Source: Planctopirus limnophila DSM 3776
GTDB taxonomy: Bacteria; Planctomycetota; Planctomycetia; Planctomycetales; Planctomycetaceae
Assembly: GCF_000092105.1 (NCBI RefSeq)
Contig: NC_014148.1
Span: 5,040,001-5,072,000, forward strand
Reading direction: 5' to 3'
Length of the DNA: 32,000 bases
The notes beneath the pieces are model-generated. The model saw nothing but the letters and a program-made list of their open reading frames with translations. It did not search any database and was not told the DNA's origin. Every line of letters begins with the position of its first letter. Positions within the stretch are counted from its first letter, which is position 1. Positions 16,372 through 24,991 of the stretch are shown piece after piece. Position numbers and translations under genes: made by a program.

Positions 16372-17364
16372 ATGAAAGGGCCTTGGGGACGCATACAGAC
16401 CGATTGCCGCCGCGTCTGGAAATGCCCGGCATGCGGTGCACAGCGATTATTGCCAGCCACGATCACTTCGGTCGTTTGCCAATGTTCTGGACGTGAAGGT
16501 TCGAATCGCGGAAGTTCTGGTCAGGGTTCTCACGATTCGCCCCGGTGGATGATTCTCGAAGAAGCCAGCCTCAGGAAGCTGCGTCCGATCGTCGAGTTCG
16601 ATCCTCACGCGCCACGCGGCCCTCAGTTTCTGGAGGATGCTGATCCCCATCGCATTTCTCAGCCCGGTGTCGTGCAACCTCGCACAGTTCCTAAAGGGCC
16701 AAAGCCTCCTTACCAGGGAACTGGTGCCAGTTCTCGCCAGCCATCAGCTCCTGTCGCTCCTCAAGCACCCGCACCTGCCGCGAAGTCCGAAGACCAAACG
16801 CCCTCTCGGAATGCCGCTGGTCTTCGAGAAACACACGAAGATGAGAATGTGCCCGAGGTAAATCCTCAGCAACCGGCAGCAGACAGGTCTGCGGACAGGC
16901 GTGCCCACGAGAGCCGATCATCTCAAAAGCGTCGAGGTGTAGAGGAAATCCCCGGCAGTCAGAATCAGGAGCTGTTGGAACCTGATCTCCATCATGAGTC
17001 AGAACCGCAGCCTGCTCTTCCTCCCGATGTTCCTGAGATCAAAACGGCATCCGCGGCACGGGAAGCCAGGCGAAAATCTCCCCATCAAGAGCCTCGCAGT
17101 TCCACAGGTTTAAGCCCGACAATTTCTCGCCCGGCAAGTGCCAGTCGTGTTAGTAGTGCCCCAGAATCGAACGATGATTTTGCAGCCGGGCTTGATCTCT
17201 CCGAGACTTCAGATTCCCCTCAGACAAGTTCTCGCCCGGTCCATCAGAGTCGCCCACAAACACCGGCTCATCAGCCTGCCGACGATAAAAAACGATCCGA
17301 GACGAAGCCTGCTAAAATGCCACAGCCAGATGATGAGGCCTTTGGAGAAGGATTGATTTCCTGA
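16372..17364 (+). CDS. Zinc-ribbon-like protein with a Pro/Ser/Gln/Glu-rich disordered tail of about 270 aa
   Basis: The N-terminal Cys cluster is C-x5-CPAC-x14-CQC (about 16405-16488). The rest is low-complexity sequence (PAPAAKSEDQTPS..., SSAPESNDDF...). Confidence 0.6.
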   Translation: MKGPWGRIQTDCRRVWKCPACGAQRLLPATITSVVCQCSGREGSNRGSSGQGSHDSPRWMILEEASLRKLRPIVEFDPHAPRGPQFLEDADPHRISQPGVVQPRTVPKGPKPPYQGTGASSRQPSAPVAPQAPAPAAKSEDQTPSRNAAGLRETHEDENVPEVNPQQPAADRSADRRAHESRSSQKRRGVEEIPGSQNQELLEPDLHHESEPQPALPPDVPEIKTASAAREARRKSPHQEPRSSTGLSPTISRPASASRVSSAPESNDDFAAGLDLSETSDSPQTSSRPVHQSRPQTPAHQPADDKKRSETKPAKMPQPDDEAFGEGLIS

Positions 17365-17418
17365 GACGAAGCCTGTCAGAACCTGCACAATGTTTGATGA
17401 TCTGGATTACCAGGCGCG

Positions 17419-20400
17419 GTGGAAACGAACCTGAAGCAGAAAGTCTCGACGATGGGTTCGCCAATTGAAAATGGTCAGGCAGGATTCGCAGGAGGAGGAA
17501 CCAATCCTCTCGCAGCGGCTGACTGGACCATTGATGTAGAAGCGGAAATCCATCAACTGGATCACCGGGCCTTTGTGGTGATGCCGCGTGTCCTGCGACG
17601 GGTGATTCGCAGTGAACTGGAGCTGTCGAGCATCTGGCTGAGTGTGCCCCACTCAAGAACCTATGTGATTCCTCGGGACAGACTGGTCTGGTTTGTGGCT
17701 CGTGATGAGCTGGGAATCGAGATCGGCGAAAGTTTACCCGATACGATCATTCTCATTGCACGCGAAGATCGATTCGCGGGTTCACCCATTGAGAACAAGC
17801 CTCAATTGCTGAGGCTGTACTGGCGGGCGCTCTTTCATGCCCGGCTCGATCTGGCCATGTATCAAAAAGTCGAGCCCGGTAGTTTTCCCCTCGCGGAACT
17901 GCGTTCCAGAATCGACCAGATTGGCCAAACAGAATTCGATGAGATCAAAGGGGTCTTAAAAAGTGAAGGTCTGCTGCTCGATCCAGAAAACCCCCGGCAG
18001 ATTTACGCCGAGTTCGCAGCTTTGTTCTTCGAATTGAAGTTTTTTGAGCCAGACCTGCTGACATATTATTTCCCTTCCCTAGGCATCAACGCTGCACTTG
18101 AAGCCATGCTGCGCGAGGGGATTGCTGTCGAAGAAATCTTCCGGGAAACATGCCCACTGGAGCTGAAGACCACCGAAGTTCAGGAAGATCAGGTCATCCC
18201 TACGGAGGCAACGCCTGAATCTGGCCATCGCAAAAGACAGAAACGATCAGCAGTCAGAGCCAGACGGTTTGTTCGAGCAGCGAGCAAACCCGCCGCGAGA
18301 GGTAACGATGCTCGTGCGGCAATTCTTCTGGCCAGCGCGCTCGAAGCGGCACCCACGGAGATGACTCGGGAAATTCAGTCCCAGTTCGAAACACACCTCG
18401 ATCATCTCGCAACACGCCTGATCCATGCTCTCGAGCTGGAAGAATCGACCCATCCTCGCTGGAAGGAAGTTCTGGCCTCTCTGACAGAAGCTGCCCAGTA
18501 TGGGTTCTGGAATAACGCCTCGCGACTGGTGTACGACCTGCAGAAAGTCTGTATCGATTCCGAGCGGGAAACCTATCAGATCGATACCTGGCAATGGCTG
18601 TTTTCCTTCGGTCGAAAACCACTCAAAACGCCACTTCCCAATCAGAAGCTCGTGCTCATTACCCGCCACTTGCGATTGGCCATTTCACGCATCGGAGCCG
18701 CACAGATTGCTCCCCGGCATCGCGAAGAACTTTATCTTTTGCTGGAAGATGCGGCCCATGCTGCCGAGAAACTGGCACGCCGGCAATTGAAGCCCTTGAT
18801 CGAAGAAGCTCTGCGCAGTTCGGGCCTGGTCAGCACGAACTTTGTAGAAACAATGGCCTTTGGCAGAGTCGTCGATGAACTGCTTGATCACGTCGTTGAA
18901 CAAGGCTTCTTTGGACTGGGACATGTGCGTGATGCACTCTCGCGGAACGCCTTGAAGCTATCTGATCTTTCAAGTGTCAAAGAGTTCCTGGGCGGAGACG
19001 CCTTGCTGAAGACCGATCGCGCACTGGAAAAGCCACTGGCAGGTGTTTATCAGCGCGGGCCGCTGTATCTGCGAGGCTTTCAGCGGTTGAGTTCACTCGC
19101 TTTTGGTTTACCTGCTGGCCGGATCTTTACCAAATTTGTCGCGCTTCCGTATGGCGGTGCGTACGTGATCCTCGAAGGCTTGCAGCATCTCATCGGGCCG
19201 ATTGTCGAATGGCTGACGGAACATCACCTGCATCTGGCGACGCTGGAAAGTGTGGTTGTCTGCGGCACGTTTCTCCTGGCACTGATTCATGTCCCGACCT
19301 TTCGACAGAAACTGTGGAGCCTGACCGAATCGACCTGGAAATTTCTGCGAGCCGTGGCTTATGACATTCCCCATTGGCTGCTGAAGCAGAAGCTCGTGCA
19401 GGCTTTCTTACGCAGCTTACCAGTGAAGATCATCCGCCGGTACCTGTGGACTCCAGCCCTGGTGACGATGGCCATCTGGCTGGCTGTATGGGCCAGTGGC
19501 CAATTGCCTCAGCGATGGAACTGGATGGCCATGGGGACATTCGTGCTGAGCCTGTTGCTGCTCAACTCGCGAATGGGACGCGACACCGAAGAACTCGTGA
19601 CCGAATGGGCTTCCGAGATCTGGCATCAGTTCCGTGTTCGCGTGGTCGTGGCGCTGTTTTCATTTATTCTCGATATGTTTCGTCGTCTGATGGATCTGAT
19701 CGAACGTGTGCTCTACACCGTCGATGAATGGCTGCGATTCCGCTCGGGAGAATCAGCCATTTCGCTGAGCTTCAAGGCCGTATTGGGAGCCTTCTGGGGA
19801 ATTGTCGCTTCTGTCGTCAGGTTCTGCGTTACCCTTTTGATTGAGCCACAGGTCAACCCCATCAAGCACTTTCCTGTGGTGACGGTTTCTCACAAGCTGC
19901 TGTTGCCACTCGCTATTCCCCTGACGAAGTGGAGTGCTCCGCTGTTATCGCCCATTTTTTCAGCGTTTATCGGTCATCGATTCGGTCATTGGCTGGCCAA
20001 CGCGATGGGGACCATCATCATCACCTGCATCCCGGGTATGTTTGGCTTTCTGGTCTGGGAACTCAAAGAGAACTGGCGACTCTACAAAGCCAATCGCAGG
20101 AAGGATGTCGGGCCAGCCATTATCGGACATCATGGCGAGACCATGCTCCGGCTGCTCAAGCCCGGCTTTCACTCCGGAACAATCCCCAAGCTTTTTGCAC
20201 GCCGTCGCAAAGCCGCCCGGCTCGATAAACCGGAAGATCGCCTGCGCAAGCTGGCTCGTACAGAAACTCAACTCGAGCAACTGATCGAGTCGCTCCAGCA
20301 CTTTATTGAGCGCGACCTCTTGCGGTTTCTGGAGGCTTCCGAGCTCTGGACACGACCGGCGCCAGAAATCAGATCGATGTCGATTGCGACCAATCGAATC

Positions 20401-20982
20401 GTTATTCAGCTCAGTGATCCTCAACCTAGTGATCGTCAACTCAGTGATTCTGAATCTCTCGATGAAGATGCCGAACTGGAATTTGCCGAACAATCCGGGC
20501 TGATTGTGGCTGGCTGGAGAAAATCGGGCTGGATTCAACATCTTCCCGAGGCAGAGCGCCAAGTCTTACGACTGGCTCTGTTGGGCTTTTACAAATCCGG
20601 CACTGTGACTGTCATCCGCGAACAGATTGAAGCCAGGCTGTGCGATCACAATCGACGTTACGATATTGGTACGGAAGGGATCATTTTGTGGCCTGATCCC
20701 AGCTATTGCGAAGAAGTGATCTATTCACTGAGTGATCAGCCCATAATTCACCCGCGTCCTCGCACCCTGGCGAAAGCGAATGGCCTGGAATCCATTCGCC
20801 GTGATGAAGTCCTTTATCAGGATCAGACTCTTGAATGGGATGCGTGGGTCGCTGCCTGGGAATGCCAGAAGCCCGCTGAATTAATGACTGATGGAGGACA
20901 ACCTCGATTGTTGCCCTCCATCATGGTCTTCCCGACAGAAGATCAACCGGCTGAAAATCAGGCCGCTGCAACTGAAGGCTGA
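17419..20982 (+). CDS. Large (1187 aa) polytopic membrane protein of unknown function
   Basis: The frame is uninterrupted for 3.5 kb. It starts at GTG 17419 or ATG 17452, 55-88 nt after the upstream stop with no hairpin in between. About 7-9 hydrophobic helices are encoded at roughly 19126-20073, flanked by large soluble regions. I recognise no motif. Confidence 0.8.
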   Translation: METNLKQKVSTMGSPIENGQAGFAGGGTNPLAAADWTIDVEAEIHQLDHRAFVVMPRVLRRVIRSELELSSIWLSVPHSRTYVIPRDRLVWFVARDELGIEIGESLPDTIILIAREDRFAGSPIENKPQLLRLYWRALFHARLDLAMYQKVEPGSFPLAELRSRIDQIGQTEFDEIKGVLKSEGLLLDPENPRQIYAEFAALFFELKFFEPDLLTYYFPSLGINAALEAMLREGIAVEEIFRETCPLELKTTEVQEDQVIPTEATPESGHRKRQKRSAVRARRFVRAASKPAARGNDARAAILLASALEAAPTEMTREIQSQFETHLDHLATRLIHALELEESTHPRWKEVLASLTEAAQYGFWNNASRLVYDLQKVCIDSERETYQIDTWQWLFSFGRKPLKTPLPNQKLVLITRHLRLAISRIGAAQIAPRHREELYLLLEDAAHAAEKLARRQLKPLIEEALRSSGLVSTNFVETMAFGRVVDELLDHVVEQGFFGLGHVRDALSRNALKLSDLSSVKEFLGGDALLKTDRALEKPLAGVYQRGPLYLRGFQRLSSLAFGLPAGRIFTKFVALPYGGAYVILEGLQHLIGPIVEWLTEHHLHLATLESVVVCGTFLLALIHVPTFRQKLWSLTESTWKFLRAVAYDIPHWLLKQKLVQAFLRSLPVKIIRRYLWTPALVTMAIWLAVWASGQLPQRWNWMAMGTFVLSLLLLNSRMGRDTEELVTEWASEIWHQFRVRVVVALFSFILDMFRRLMDLIERVLYTVDEWLRFRSGESAISLSFKAVLGAFWGIVASVVRFCVTLLIEPQVNPIKHFPVVTVSHKLLLPLAIPLTKWSAPLLSPIFSAFIGHRFGHWLANAMGTIIITCIPGMFGFLVWELKENWRLYKANRRKDVGPAIIGHHGETMLRLLKPGFHSGTIPKLFARRRKAARLDKPEDRLRKLARTETQLEQLIESLQHFIERDLLRFLEASELWTRPAPEIRSMSIATNRIVIQLSDPQPSDRQLSDSESLDEDAELEFAEQSGLIVAGWRKSGWIQHLPEAERQVLRLALLGFYKSGTVTVIREQIEARLCDHNRRYDIGTEGIILWPDPSYCEEVIYSLSDQPIIHPRPRTLAKANGLESIRRDEVLYQDQTLEWDAWVAAWECQKPAELMTDGGQPRLLPSIMVFPTEDQPAENQAAATEG

Positions 20983-21905
20983 GCCTGCGGGACTCGCCAG
21001 TAGACGCCGGTCCCATCAATGTTGAACATCGGGGCATTGATCTTGTGGAGTTCGCGGAACTCGTCAATCGCTTCCCGGCAACCACTCCAGGCCAGATAGT
21101 CATCCACAACGACGAACCCGCCAGGGACGACGTTCTGATAGAGCGGCTTAAGAACATCCATGGTCGATTCGTACAAATCGCCGTCCAGCCGCAGTAACGC
21201 CAGTTTCCCCGGGTTGGCATGTGGGAGTGAATCACAGAACCAGCCTTTAAGAAACCTGACGTTCTCGTCGAGCAGGCCAAATCGTTCGAAGTTCGCGGAG
21301 ACCGTTTCAATCGAGACCTTGAGGAAGTCGCATTCGGAAAGATCGTGCCGCTTATCTTTGGTATCCGGGGCCAATCGCGGTTTGGGCAACCCTTCAAAAG
21401 AGTCAGCCAGCCATAATTGACGATGGCCTTCGCCCAGATGATTCAGTAGAGCCTTCATGAACATGCTGGCACCGCCACGCCAGACGCCCGCTTCGAGAAT
21501 ATTCCCAGGGATCTGTTCGGCCGCAATGGTGCGGATGGCGACTTCGAGTTGATCGAGCCGTCGTTTTCCGACCATGGAGTAGCCAAACAGAGGCCAGTCT
21601 GTTCCCAGTTCTCGTTTTTTGGCATCGAAGTGCTGGGCTTTCACGACCAGATAGCCGCGTTTCGCCCAGCTCTTGAGGAAGAACTGTCTTAGAGATTTCA
21701 GAGGACGGAACTTATCGCGGTGATAACCATCTTCACGGCGCCAGGCACTTTCTTCGTAGACAGCCCCGGTGAGCACATTTTTCAGCAGTTCAATATAAGG
21801 GTCAGTACCAGCGACACCCGTCAAGGGTGGCATATCCGTCAATGGCGCTGCCAGATGGGACATCGCAGTTTCCGTAGTCTCAACGTGGTTGGGCATTTCT
21901 GTCAT
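20958..21905 (-). CDS. TylF/MycF (macrocin-O-methyltransferase) family SAM-dependent methyltransferase
   Basis: GVWRGGASMFMKALL, LADSFEGLP and RLDGDLYESTMDVLKPLYQNVVPGGFVVVDDY are typical of the TylF family. Confidence 0.85.
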   Translation of the reverse strand: MTEMPNHVETTETAMSHLAAPLTDMPPLTGVAGTDPYIELLKNVLTGAVYEESAWRREDGYHRDKFRPLKSLRQFFLKSWAKRGYLVVKAQHFDAKKRELGTDWPLFGYSMVGKRRLDQLEVAIRTIAAEQIPGNILEAGVWRGGASMFMKALLNHLGEGHRQLWLADSFEGLPKPRLAPDTKDKRHDLSECDFLKVSIETVSANFERFGLLDENVRFLKGWFCDSLPHANPGKLALLRLDGDLYESTMDVLKPLYQNVVPGGFVVVDDYLAWSGCREAIDEFRELHKINAPMFNIDGTGVYWRVPQAQPSVAAA

Positions 21906-21994
21906 CGTGACGACGACAGCAGGCTGAAGTCCGTCTTCATGCTGAAGCGGGACTTCATACAGCGAATCGCCAATTTCTCCAATATCAGAAATTG

Positions 21995-22023
21995 AGACAG
22001 TTTAGACGTGAAGACAGTTTAGA
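21995..22023. repeat. Direct repeat agacagtttaga x2 (17-bp period) in an intergenic region
   Basis: Two exact 12-mers lie at 21995-22006 and 22012-22023, about 90-120 nt upstream of the TylF-family gene start. Confidence 0.5.
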
Positions 22024-22085
22024 ACCTGGTACGTAGTCCGTGAGCCTGAAAGCTCTCGTCTCTGGTCGACCTGAAGTCGCGACAT

Positions 22086-24701
22086 TCAGGAGACATCGGC
22101 CTTGATGGCAGTCGGCGGCGCCAGTGGCTGCTGGGCCGCTGCCGGTGAGTTGGCTGGCGAAGTCGATTTTCCTTTTTCGGAAGGATCCGATGAGCCTCGA
22201 TCTTTTCGCCGTTGATCTCTTTGTGGCTGATCTTTTGCAGGCTGATTGAGTGGCTCCAGAGCCGAGGCAGGTGTGCCCGCAGGACGTGGTTGAGGATAGG
22301 TCACACTTTTCACTGAAGTGGGATGCAGCAATCGCTGAGATTCCTCCAGGAGAAAATCGACATCCATAAATGGATCTGCGCCCAGATCATGCCAGCGGAT
22401 CAGGCCTTGTCCATCGATCAGGAACGTGCCATGGATGGGCTGGTTTTCGAAGTCATCGTACGCTTTGAACCGTTTGAAAACTTCCAGGCTGTCGTCGCTC
22501 AGGAGGGGCATCGAGATCTGTGAGCCAAAGCGATCAATCGACTTTTTGAGGTCACTCAGATCGTCCGTACTGATGGCCACCACTGAGATTCCAGCAGCTT
22601 GAAAATCATTGACCTTCGGGAGAAATTTCTGGATCTGCTCGACACAGTGCAGGCAGCCGGCCCCCAGATAAAAGATAACGATGGTCGGTTTGCCACGATA
22701 ATCGCGACTGGAAACCGTACTGATTTCAGTGGAACCTGGGAGATGGCCGGGAAGCTGCCAGGCGGCACTCGCAGGAGGAACCCACTGGATGGGCCCTAAC
22801 GAGGCGAGTGTCGGACGGGCACCGATATCTGTCGGCAGAATACGGGAAATTCGCCAGTCGTCGGCAAAGCCCCAGGCTCGCGCCTTGTTCGAAATTCGCT
22901 GCAGGGCGGGAGCGTCGAGATCAGCACTATGCGCCACCGCACGAAGCTCTTCAAAACGAGTCCTGGCGGCCGCTTCATCATTGAGATCGATCAGTAACTC
23001 CACCAGCCACGCCAGCGGCAAGACTTCTTCGGCATGCTGACTGACATACTTTTCGAGTTCCTTCCGGGCTTCTTCTTTCTGTCCTGCTGCCAGCCTCAAC
23101 CGGGCCAGTTCTCGCGCACTGGCACCTCCGGCTGTGTTCAACTTGCGAATGGCTTCGGCGTACTCCCCTTTTCGTGCCAGTTCGATTGCCGTGATTTCAT
23201 CAATGGCCCGATCAAGTTGCCTTAGTGTTTCATCCGTGGATCGAACGGCCGACTTGCGAGCCGATTCGATCGCTTTTTCATCGCGAGGTTTGCCCGGCTC
23301 TTTAGCCAGAACCCTGGCTTCTGCCCGCGTCATCTCCAGTTCGCGATCCTCAGCCAGTCGCTCACGCCAGCCGCGAATGATGGCACTGGTTTCGTTGAAT
23401 TTCGCGAGATGATCTGTCGCATCGTAAGCGCGGGCCAGGGCTCTCAATCGCTTGATCTGTTCCGGAGTATGACCTGTCGGCGAAAGAACCGATTGATGGG
23501 CCGATTCAATCAGCTTTTCCCAGAGTTCAAACTGGGAGTACGCCTCCCACAGTCGCAAACGCCCGAAATGCTGGCTGCCATTGCTGGGAAAGCGGTTGTA
23601 TTTGGGGTGCATAGGCATCGAGGCCATATTGCTGGCGACATTAATGACGTCGTGCATCCGCCCCAGAAAGATCAGATTTCGGCACAGCCACTCGTTGTTG
23701 TGGGCAAAATTATGAATCTGGTCGGGCATCACCATGTCACGCATCATGTAAGCATGATCCACCCTCGCTGAAGCCTCCTGTTGGAAGGCGGCATCGGCAT
23801 ATCGTTTCAGCCCCGAATAGATGTGCCCCGGCATATGCCACATATGGGCAATCCCGGGGGCGACCTGACCACACTGCGCCGCCGAAGCCAATGCCTGTTC
23901 GCGACGTTCGTAATCCCACAAATGGATGACGAAATGATGGCAGGGATGCTGCGGATTTTTGGCGAGAATCGAATCCAGCAAAGCACTCATGGCCAGATGA
24001 TTGGTAATTGGCAGATCATTCCGCACCTGCCAGGTCTGCAATGCCAGGAAGGCCTTGGCTTCGAGATCAGCAGGGTTCTCATAGACGATCTTTTCGTAGT
24101 CTTTGATGCTCTTTTGAGCCCGTTCTCGCTTTTTGTCACCTTCGCCTTTGGTATCAAAGGCATACCAGTTCGCAAGGGCATCGATATACAGCTTTTCGCG
24201 AGGGCTGGCCTGCTCTTTGCGTTTCACGGCCTCTTCAATGAACTTCCTGGCACGGGTTTCATTATTGGTATTGGCCATCGCCATGCCCCAATAGGCAATC
24301 GCACAATCGGGATCAAGTTGAGCAGCCTGCCGGAAGGATCGTTCGGCTTCAAAATACCAGAAGCCATGAAGTTGGCCGACACCCTGATTGATCCATGCCT
24401 GTACCTGGCTGTGCTGACTCGTCACAGGAAAGTGGATCTGCCCCGTCGTTCCCATCAGGTACGCAGCTTGCCTGGGGCCCTGATCGAAGGCATCGCCATG
24501 GTAGGAATGCCCTGCAACAACAGCATTCTCTGGCGCTACAGCACTGGCCGGAATTTCGGCAGCGTTCAAAGAAACCGAAGTATCAGCAACCCATGCTTCC
24601 CATCGAGGGGTTACCCAGAAAGCAGCAGCCAGACATGTGACCGTGACGCCGAAACGAAAAGGGGAACGTGAATGGTGCAGCAGGTGGGAAGTATGCGACA
24701 T
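22086..24701 (-). CDS. Exported TPR-repeat protein with C-terminal thioredoxin-fold (AhpC/TSA-redoxin-like, CxxC) domain
   Basis: Signal-like N-terminus. TPR-like helical repeats (FEAERSFRQAAQLDPDCAIAYWGMAMA...). The C-terminal redoxin block is KPTIVIFYLGAGCLHCVEQIQKF...GISVVAISTDD...HGTFLIDGQGLIRW, followed by a Pro-rich tail. Confidence 0.8.
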   Translation of the reverse strand: MSHTSHLLHHSRSPFRFGVTVTCLAAAFWVTPRWEAWVADTSVSLNAAEIPASAVAPENAVVAGHSYHGDAFDQGPRQAAYLMGTTGQIHFPVTSQHSQVQAWINQGVGQLHGFWYFEAERSFRQAAQLDPDCAIAYWGMAMANTNNETRARKFIEEAVKRKEQASPREKLYIDALANWYAFDTKGEGDKKRERAQKSIKDYEKIVYENPADLEAKAFLALQTWQVRNDLPITNHLAMSALLDSILAKNPQHPCHHFVIHLWDYERREQALASAAQCGQVAPGIAHMWHMPGHIYSGLKRYADAAFQQEASARVDHAYMMRDMVMPDQIHNFAHNNEWLCRNLIFLGRMHDVINVASNMASMPMHPKYNRFPSNGSQHFGRLRLWEAYSQFELWEKLIESAHQSVLSPTGHTPEQIKRLRALARAYDATDHLAKFNETSAIIRGWRERLAEDRELEMTRAEARVLAKEPGKPRDEKAIESARKSAVRSTDETLRQLDRAIDEITAIELARKGEYAEAIRKLNTAGGASARELARLRLAAGQKEEARKELEKYVSQHAEEVLPLAWLVELLIDLNDEAAARTRFEELRAVAHSADLDAPALQRISNKARAWGFADDWRISRILPTDIGARPTLASLGPIQWVPPASAAWQLPGHLPGSTEISTVSSRDYRGKPTIVIFYLGAGCLHCVEQIQKFLPKVNDFQAAGISVVAISTDDLSDLKKSIDRFGSQISMPLLSDDSLEVFKRFKAYDDFENQPIHGTFLIDGQGLIRWHDLGADPFMDVDFLLEESQRLLHPTSVKSVTYPQPRPAGTPASALEPLNQPAKDQPQRDQRRKDRGSSDPSEKGKSTSPANSPAAAQQPLAPPTAIKADVS

Positions 24702-24884
24702 GGATCGCTTCCGGGAATGGCGGGGAAATCAAGAGGTGTCATCAATTCGGCGATTCTGAAAAATCGACAGAATCAGGCCGATGAAAAAAGTATATCCCCA
24801 GGCGGGGACATTGCTGTTTGAATCTGGCAGGAAATGAGCGAATCCTGCAGACCGTCTTCCGGCTCAATGATCACCAAGTATTCA

Positions 24885-24923
24885 AAGCATCACCTGTCTG
24901 GGAATGCAAACCAGGTGATGCTT
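24885..24923 (-). terminator. Possible terminator or structured element after the TlpA-like gene 1
   Basis: Perfect 12-bp stem (aagcatcacctg / caggtgatgctt) with a 15-nt loop, 69 nt downstream of the stop. No clear U-tract follows. Confidence 0.35.
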
Positions 24924-24991
24924 CGTGATCAAAGGATTTGAGAACATTGCCCTTGTTGAACATAAGGCAAAAGTCCTGAGAGCTGATCCAC

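Noticed and set aside
15939-16496. 185-aa plus-strand ORF
   Set aside because: It starts within the terminator hairpin region, runs antisense through the 32-codon basic ORF and overlaps the start of the zinc-ribbon gene. This is an implausible gene geometry.
19960-20562. 200-aa minus-strand ORF
   Set aside because: It lies inside and antisense to the uninterrupted 3.5-kb plus-strand frame, and has no motif or start-site support.
21995-22023. Possible CRISPR or other repeat array
   Set aside because: There are only two 12-bp copies with a 5-bp spacer, and no cas genes. The pattern fits a protein-binding site, not an array. I noticed no other multi-copy spaced repeats in the window.
23781-24671. 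296-aa plus-strand ORF
   Set aside because: It is antisense to the TPR-redoxin gene, has no domain signature, and is a shadow frame.
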